Below are positions 58,877-64,000 of a DNA stretch of 64,000 bases, piece by piece. Position 1 is the stretch's first letter, and the number at the start of each line of letters is the position of its first letter. Under the pieces are notes generated by a model that was not told the origin of the DNA, ran no database searches, and saw only the letters and a program-made list of their open reading frames with translations. The position numbers and the translations under genes are program-made. This stretch comes from Fibrobacter succinogenes (GTDB lineage Bacteria; Fibrobacterota; Fibrobacteria; Fibrobacterales; Fibrobacteraceae), in NCBI GenBank assembly GCA_902762305.1, contig CACWNW010000031.1:19047-83046 (forward strand). The letters run 5' to 3'.

Positions 58877-59746
58877 ATGAAGAAATTGTATGACATAGAA
58901 CAGCTTCATTACTACGCCTCCCTTTTCTCGGGGAATGTGGTTCAGCGTTCTTTGAAGTATAATGATTATTCAGCTATTTTTGAGTGCTTGCATAGGTATG
59001 ATTCTGATTTGATGAGTCGAGGTCTAACATACTGGGATTATTTCGACTATGTCTATCGTATTCTGGAAAAAAACTATCGTAATGAGTATGTCTACAAGAA
59101 TACTCTAATCAAAGGGTATATTGTAAAGGAATATTCGTTAAAAGAGACGAAAGTATTTAATGAGTTCCGGATAGGGTCGTCCATTGCTGATTTAGCGATG
59201 TTTAATGGAACAAGTAAGGCTTTTGAAATAAAAACCGAATTAGACAACGACAAACGGTTGGCTTCTCAGCTTGGTGAATATGCGAGGTTGATGGAGGAAT
59301 CGTATCTAGTCGTTTCGGCAGATTTAGTTGATAAGTATCGGTCAGATGTAGATAAATCGGTTGGGATAATTAGTTTGTGTCGACAGGGGCGCTCGTTAAA
59401 GATTGAACGGTTGCGCAAGGCTCGGAAAAATAGTTGTGTCGATATCGATATCCTTATGTCATCTGTTAGGTGTGACGAATATAGGTGGATGGTCAAGACG
59501 GCTTATGGTAGTTTGCCGGATGTGTCGGATTTTGAAATGTTTGATGCTTGCAAAGACCTTTTGAATCGATTGTCGTCTATAAAATTGCAGCGGCTTTTTT
59601 TGGATGCTGTCAAAAAAAGAAAAAATTCAACAGGTCTTCTGAAATCTGTTCCTCGATCCGCGAATTTATTGTGCTTGTCCATGGATTGGAATGAACGTTA
59701 TTTTGCAAAGTTGAATGAATTATATAGTCAACCGATAAAAATGTAG
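58877..59746 (+). CDS. PD-(D/E)xK nuclease-like protein, sce7726-type family
   Basis: 289 aa. The motif ...FNEFRIGSSIAD(105)LAMFNGTSKAFE(117)IK(119)TELDNDKRL... fits the restriction-endonuclease-fold D...ExK core. The overall layout matches my memory of the NCBI 'sce7726 family protein'. Confidence 0.65.
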   Translation: MKKLYDIEQLHYYASLFSGNVVQRSLKYNDYSAIFECLHRYDSDLMSRGLTYWDYFDYVYRILEKNYRNEYVYKNTLIKGYIVKEYSLKETKVFNEFRIGSSIADLAMFNGTSKAFEIKTELDNDKRLASQLGEYARLMEESYLVVSADLVDKYRSDVDKSVGIISLCRQGRSLKIERLRKARKNSCVDIDILMSSVRCDEYRWMVKTAYGSLPDVSDFEMFDACKDLLNRLSSIKLQRLFLDAVKKRKNSTGLLKSVPRSANLLCLSMDWNERYFAKLNELYSQPIKM

Positions 59747-59755
59747 GGGGTACAT

Positions 59756-60730
59756 ATGTACTATCCGTATTTGAGGGGAAAACAGTTTGAACTGTTGGCG
59801 CTGCGCGAACTGTCCAAAACGGGCGCGTTGCCCGACTATAGTCATGTTTGTCCTATTTTAGAACCACTTAAGGCTGACGTTTCCGCCAATCAGAACGCTA
59901 TTGGTGCGATGTTGAACTGTGGCATGCGGTTTGCTCTGATATTGAATCCTTTTCGTGGTGACTTTGGACGTGATTCGGGTGAATTTGCACAGGAATCCTT
60001 GAAATTTATCCGGGAAAGTGGCAGCACGTCTTGGATTCCGGCATTCTTAATGGACTCTAATGTTGATTTGGCCAGGACGATAATTAGGGAATGTCGACTA
60101 AAAGATATTATGCTTGTTGCTCAAGAAGATGCAGAATTTGATCAATTCGAAGAATGGCTTGCTTCTGGAATGGTCAAGTATTTCGTAGCCCCTGAATCAA
60201 AAAGGAATATGCGCAAAATTCAGCGCTTAAAAAGAAAACCGATGTTGATTCGTTTGGATGACAAGTTTCCTTCTGTTAAGCGTAATGATGATTATCGTAA
60301 TACGGACGAATCGCCCAATAATGAAGATCAGCTTTTTTCTGAGGAATATCTCTTTTACAAAGATGATCATTACGATGGTTTCGCCGATTATACGCTTTTG
60401 ACAAAAATGTTGACTGATGGCGGTGCCTTGCCGTATGTTGTGGCAATTCATTTAACATATTTGGGCAAAGATGATGAAATTAGGGTTCGCCATTTCTTGT
60501 CAGATTCCAATTCTAAGGGGCGCGAAAATATTCAGAGAAAGTTCGCAGAAGCGGCGGAAAAAGTAAAAATGTTCTTTGCTAAAAGGAATGACAGAACGGC
60601 TGCTGTAGATGAACTCGTTCAGTTTTTGGAGGATGGACATTATCCTGGTCTTGGAAGTATCAAGAAACTTTCCATAAAACATCACATTCAACTAGTGGAT
60701 CATCTTCTAAGAGAGGAGTCTGGAAGATGA
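59756..60730 (+). CDS. Beta-protein / sce7725-type family protein (function unknown)
   Basis: The N-terminus MYYPYLRGKQFELLALRELS is the hallmark of the Pfam 'Beta_protein' / NCBI 'sce7725 family' as I recall it. 324 aa. A GGGGG purine run lies just upstream of the ATG, which starts 9 nt after the previous stop. Confidence 0.6.
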   Translation: MYYPYLRGKQFELLALRELSKTGALPDYSHVCPILEPLKADVSANQNAIGAMLNCGMRFALILNPFRGDFGRDSGEFAQESLKFIRESGSTSWIPAFLMDSNVDLARTIIRECRLKDIMLVAQEDAEFDQFEEWLASGMVKYFVAPESKRNMRKIQRLKRKPMLIRLDDKFPSVKRNDDYRNTDESPNNEDQLFSEEYLFYKDDHYDGFADYTLLTKMLTDGGALPYVVAIHLTYLGKDDEIRVRHFLSDSNSKGRENIQRKFAEAAEKVKMFFAKRNDRTAAVDELVQFLEDGHYPGLGSIKKLSIKHHIQLVDHLLREESGR

Positions 60731-61725
60731 GAATATGCGCAGAATGTTTTAAAGCTCAAGATTGGGTAGAACATGTTAAGGCCTATGGTGCGCCAGGACG
60801 GTGCGGTTGTTGTAAATGTGAATCAGATTATACAGTTGATCTTTCTGACCTGCATGCCGTACTAGAAAACCTTTTGGATTTTTTTGAGCCTGTTGAAAAT
60901 GGCAAACCGTTGTCGGTGCTGATTCAAAATGATTTTGACATTGCGAAAAATGAAAAAGTCGTTAAGTTTATTTTTGATTGGCATTTTCAGAACGAATTGC
61001 GTGCAGAAAGCAATTTGGGTTACCGATATAAAGCATCTGTTTTGCAACCAATAGGGGAATGGAATGAACTTAAGGAAACGCTGAAATACAGGTTTCGGTT
61101 CTTTTCTGGGAATAAAACGGGTCAGTTGGCGTGGAAAGATTATTTTGAGTATAATGAAGAAATTCCAACGGGATGTCGCTTTTATCGAGGCCGTTTAAAC
61201 GAAAAAGAGAATTATGAGTACCATTTGCCGGAAGAATTGGGTATGCCGCCTAAAGGAATAACGCCAAATGGACGCGCAAATGCTCACGGAATCCCATGTT
61301 TGTATTTGACAACGAAGTTGGATACAACTATGTATGAATTACGCTCGGTTTTTGGTGATAAGATCTCAATAGCTTTTTTTGAAACTACTGATACACTGCG
61401 TGTTGTTGATTTTGATAAAAAGCCCTTGCTTTTCGAAGCCTATGAAAATGATATCTTGCCGAGTGTTATTAAAGGGTATTTTTTGAAAAAGCATATTGGA
61501 GAGAATCTTTCTAAACCGATGCGTCGTTATGATTACAAGGATTTGGAGTATGTTCCAACACAGTTCGTATGTGAATTTATAAAGCAGTCGGGGTTTGATG
61601 GAATTTTATTTAATAGCGCGGTACATCCAAGTGGAAAAAATTTAGTACTGTTTGATGATGCGAAGGTTAAGTTCGTTGATTATTGTGTAAAGACGGTTGG
61701 AAATACGCAGATGCAATTTGCCTGA
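60727..61725 (+). CDS. RES-domain protein with N-terminal Cys-cluster (HEPN/RES-NTD1-like) module
   Basis: N-terminus MRIC4AEC7...RC26GC28CKC31. RES domain motifs are FYRGR156, PPKGITPNGR183ANAHGIPCLYL, MYE204LRS and YVPTQFVCEFIKQSGFDGILFNS297AVHPSGKNLVLF. ATGA overlap with the upstream gene. Confidence 0.8.
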   Translation: MRICAECFKAQDWVEHVKAYGAPGRCGCCKCESDYTVDLSDLHAVLENLLDFFEPVENGKPLSVLIQNDFDIAKNEKVVKFIFDWHFQNELRAESNLGYRYKASVLQPIGEWNELKETLKYRFRFFSGNKTGQLAWKDYFEYNEEIPTGCRFYRGRLNEKENYEYHLPEELGMPPKGITPNGRANAHGIPCLYLTTKLDTTMYELRSVFGDKISIAFFETTDTLRVVDFDKKPLLFEAYENDILPSVIKGYFLKKHIGENLSKPMRRYDYKDLEYVPTQFVCEFIKQSGFDGILFNSAVHPSGKNLVLFDDAKVKFVDYCVKTVGNTQMQFA

Positions 61726-61739
61726 TGTTGTTAAGATAT

Positions 61740-62237
61740 GAAAAAGGCAAGGTGGTAAACCTCGCGGCACAGGCCGGCGTGTGCTACTCCATCACGAACC
61801 CGTATGCCTACATGCAGAGCAACATGGTCGGTTTTCTCAAAGCATCTGCTCTATGCGTCGTCCAGTTCTGTTTATGGCCTGAACAGCAAGGTGCCCTACA
61901 GCGAAGACGACAAGGTTGACAACCTGAGGGCGAGCCCATCAAGGTGTTCAACAACGGCGACATGATCCGCGACTTCACCTACATCGATGACATCGCTGAG
62001 GGCAGCGTGCATGCGCTCGACCACATGCCTGTCGCGGAAAAGTGCTCGAACGGCGTTCCGTACAAAGTATACAACATCGGCTGCAAGGTGCCGATGCAGC
62101 CCGGCGACGTTTACCAGACGAACGCCGATACCACGAAACTCGAGGCCGAATGCGGATACAAGCCGCACTGGAGCCTGCACGACGGCATCGCCGAGTTCAT
62201 GAAGTGGTACAAGAGCGACAAGAACCCACTGAGGTAG
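61740..62237 (+). pseudogene. Decayed NAD-dependent epimerase (UDP-glucuronate 4-epimerase-like) remnant
   Basis: Four collinear GC-rich pieces: GKVVNLAAQAGVCYSITNPYAYMQSNMVGFL / HLLYASSSSVYGLNSKVPYSEDDKVDN (other frame) / EPIKVFNNGDMIRDFTYIDDIAEG...PYKVYNIG / VPMQPGDVYQTNADTTKLEAECGYKP...WYKSDKNPLR*. The N-terminal Rossmann part and several internal blocks are missing. Confidence 0.75.
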
Positions 62238-62298
62238 GGTGAATCCCCGCCAAGAAAAGCTTTGCGGAGGCGCTAACGCGCCCCCGCAATATTTTTTT
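62216..62298 (+). repeat. Right copy of the ~80-bp direct repeat (epimerase 3' tail plus terminator)
   Basis: CGACAAGAACCCACTGAGGTAGGGTGAATCC...TTTGCGGAGGCGCTAACGCGCCCCCGCAATATTTTTTT. The terminator hairpin lies at 62261-62298. Confidence 0.8.
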
Positions 62299-62354
62299 GG
62301 CGGGGTTTGGGTGTTTTGGATGAAAAAAAGCGATTTAGGAGAGTATTAGGATGC

Positions 62355-62371
62355 TTTACATAAAATGTAAA
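62355..62371. promoter_or_regulatory. Second copy of the dyad TTTACAT-N3-ATGTAAA
   Basis: TTTACATAAAATGTAAA has the same 7-bp arms as 9929-9945. It lies about 165 nt upstream of the ORF starting at 62536. Confidence 0.4.
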
Positions 62372-62535
62372 AGGAGCGCGAGGTCGAAGGAAATTGTTAG
62401 AAAACATTTTGCCCTTTCAGGAATAAAGGGTTATGGGGTGTATCCTTATTCATGAATTGAGATTATATTACTGAATAAGGAACTTGCTCAATTGGGTGAA
62501 AAAGCTCAATTGAACCAGTGCTTTTGGGGGTCATT

Positions 62536-64000
62536 ATGAAAATAAATACTTCTGTGTTTTTGCTGAAGCAAGAATATTCATCGATAGATGACGCTTTTGT
62601 TGATAAAACAAATGTTTTGGAGGGAAATGGTTGCCGCATATATATAACGTCACGGGCATGCAATTTGCCTGCGTGGTCGGGTGTGGTACAGAAGTTTCTG
62701 CCTGAAGGAAAAGGGAGGAATATATTGCAATCTGCATCTTCTGGTGCGATAATTGCCTTAAAGGTAAAAGATCGTGTTATGGCATTAAGTTTTGCTTCCG
62801 GCCGCTATAATTTAGACCAAAACAAGATGGAAGATCGTTTTGGCTTGAAAACATGTTTGAATATGCAGACTTCGGATAAGTTTAGGAATTTGAAAATTCA
62901 GTCACTTGAAGTTAATGGCGTTCAAAAACTAGAGTCTCGTTCGTCATGGAGTGAAATGAATGATTTTTCAATAAATATTGAAAATGAGATGATTAAGTCT
63001 GTTACGGGACAGGTTGATGATGAGTGGTTTGGTAAGAATGTTAGTGGCTTTGATTCTCTTTCAATAAAGATAGATTTTGAAAATTGTGACATTAACGCTG
63101 TATGTGAAAAATTACTTGATGCGTACTACTCGGATGATTATAAACGACAGTATGATTTTATCGATAAAATATTTCCTGTAAATAAAAAATCTGTGTTAAA
63201 GAAACTGGATGAAGAACTTTTTCAAAAAATAAGAAATCATGATGAAAATGTTTGGATGTGTATTCCGGACTTTTTGGATTGGGAAAATGTTGAATATATA
63301 AAATATCTTGATGATGAGGAGGAAGACGATGTTCGTATTGAGAAATTCTACGAAGTAATAGATGGAAATGAAAATAAAACAATAGACTTTCTTAAAAAGT
63401 CTTATATAAAGTGTTATTCCAGTGAAGGAAAATGCTTGTATAAACAGAATGCATACTATTGCTCTACGGCTGAAGTTCATTTGGAAAATGTATCCTATAT
63501 ATTAAATAACGCCAAATGGTATTCGATATCAACGGACTTTGAGAAAGAATTAGATTTGTTAGACGAAGATATTCGGAATAATAGCGAAATTTATTCGTTG
63601 GTTGGTTTGCCGGCATGCACTTGTGATAAAGAAGAAGATTATAACAATGAATGCGCGCTGAGCCCTGATTTCGATTTGTGGGATCAACAATTAGTGAATC
63701 GAATAGAAGTATGTGATTTGTGGTCTAAGAGAAAAGAATTTATTCATGTGAAGAAATATTCATCTTCTGCAGTGTTAAGCCATTTATTTCTTCAAGGGCT
63801 GGTTTCTGCAACACGATTGTGCCAAAGTAAAAATTTTCGGCAGAAGGTTGAGCAAAAAGGGATGAAAGAAAATCTTTTTACTTCTGGAAAGATGTTTGCG
63901 TCGGTTGATACTTTCCACGCGAAAGACTATTCTGTAAAATTTGCGATTATAAGCAAAGATGTACAAAAATTTAGGTTGCCACGTTTCTCTTTAATCTCCT
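62536..64000 (+). CDS. TIGR04141/DUF6119-like sporadically distributed protein (partial; runs off the window end)
   Basis: Not in the ORF track (no stop). I translated 488 codons without a stop: MKINTSVFLLKQEYSSIDDAFVDKTN...SGAIIALKVKDRVMALSFASGRYNL...RFGLKTCLN...IEVCDLWSKRKEFIHVKKYSSSAVLSHLFLQG...YSVKFAIISK. The layout and the E-x-CDL...IHVK motif match my memory of TIGR04141. Confidence 0.6.
   Translation, partial: MKINTSVFLLKQEYSSIDDAFVDKTNVLEGNGCRIYITSRACNLPAWSGVVQKFLPEGKGRNILQSASSGAIIALKVKDRVMALSFASGRYNLDQNKMEDRFGLKTCLNMQTSDKFRNLKIQSLEVNGVQKLESRSSWSEMNDFSINIENEMIKSVTGQVDDEWFGKNVSGFDSLSIKIDFENCDINAVCEKLLDAYYSDDYKRQYDFIDKIFPVNKKSVLKKLDEELFQKIRNHDENVWMCIPDFLDWENVEYIKYLDDEEEDDVRIEKFYEVIDGNENKTIDFLKKSYIKCYSSEGKCLYKQNAYYCSTAEVHLENVSYILNNAKWYSISTDFEKELDLLDEDIRNNSEIYSLVGLPACTCDKEEDYNNECALSPDFDLWDQQLVNRIEVCDLWSKRKEFIHVKKYSSSAVLSHLFLQGLVSATRLCQSKNFRQKVEQKGMKENLFTSGKMFASVDTFHAKDYSVKFAIISKDVQKFRLPRFSLIS

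Noticed and set aside
61683-61919. 78-aa ORF bridging the RES gene end and downstream DNA
   Set aside because: It is a composite. Its C-terminal two-thirds is the first block of the epimerase pseudogene followed by out-of-frame sequence, so it is not an independent gene.
62463-62737. Minus-strand ORFs 62463-62663 and 62534-62737
   Set aside because: They are antisense to the start of the long open TIGR04141-like frame, in AT-rich DNA, with no motifs.

Overview
This is a 64-kb mosaic window, most likely from a Fibrobacter-like (Fibrobacterota) chromosome. The clues are a TIGR02147-family paralog, a GH5+CBM glycanase and GC-rich housekeeping genes. All family calls come from reading the translations by eye; no searches or computations were run.

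The left ~42 kb is GC-rich core DNA:
- a partial ABC exporter, and a TonB-dependent receptor with a lipoprotein;
- a small RhuM/NYN-like islet;
- a DtxR-family regulator, feoA (apparently frameshifted) and feoB;
- a nitrogen block (gltB-gltD, glutamine-dependent nadE with a frameshift, glnK-amt, purF) with two textbook sigma54 -24/-12 promoters and recurring TTTTACAT motifs;
- a U32 peptidase carrying an in-frame hairpin repeat;
- rfbD, RidA, an NSS transporter with a MetS-like micro-ORF, and a CLC (CLC-F-like) channel;
- aconitase, tmRNA (tag ADENYALAA) and a GH5 enzyme.

From ~42.8 kb the window is accessory DNA:
- a truncated DUF4143 ATPase gene, a tyrosine integrase with iteron-like repeats, and AbiEi/AbiEii;
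- an AT-rich ~11-kb surface-polysaccharide island (GT2, two GT4, two acyltransferases, TagD, LicD, an EpsG-like polymerase, Wzx, Wzi-like) that ends at native rfbB.

The most interesting element sits directly after rfbB, bracketed by ~80-bp direct repeats that each contain a terminator. It is an AT-rich, translationally coupled three-gene operon:
- a PD-(D/E)xK nuclease-like protein of sce7726 type;
- a Beta-protein/sce7725-type protein;
- a Cys-cluster plus RES-domain NAD+-targeting effector.

This operon abuts a 5'-truncated, decayed epimerase gene. It is followed by a TIGR04141/DUF6119-like gene that runs off the window. I interpret this end of the window as a small defence island containing a candidate uncharacterised system. 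No rRNA, tRNA or CRISPR arrays were seen.
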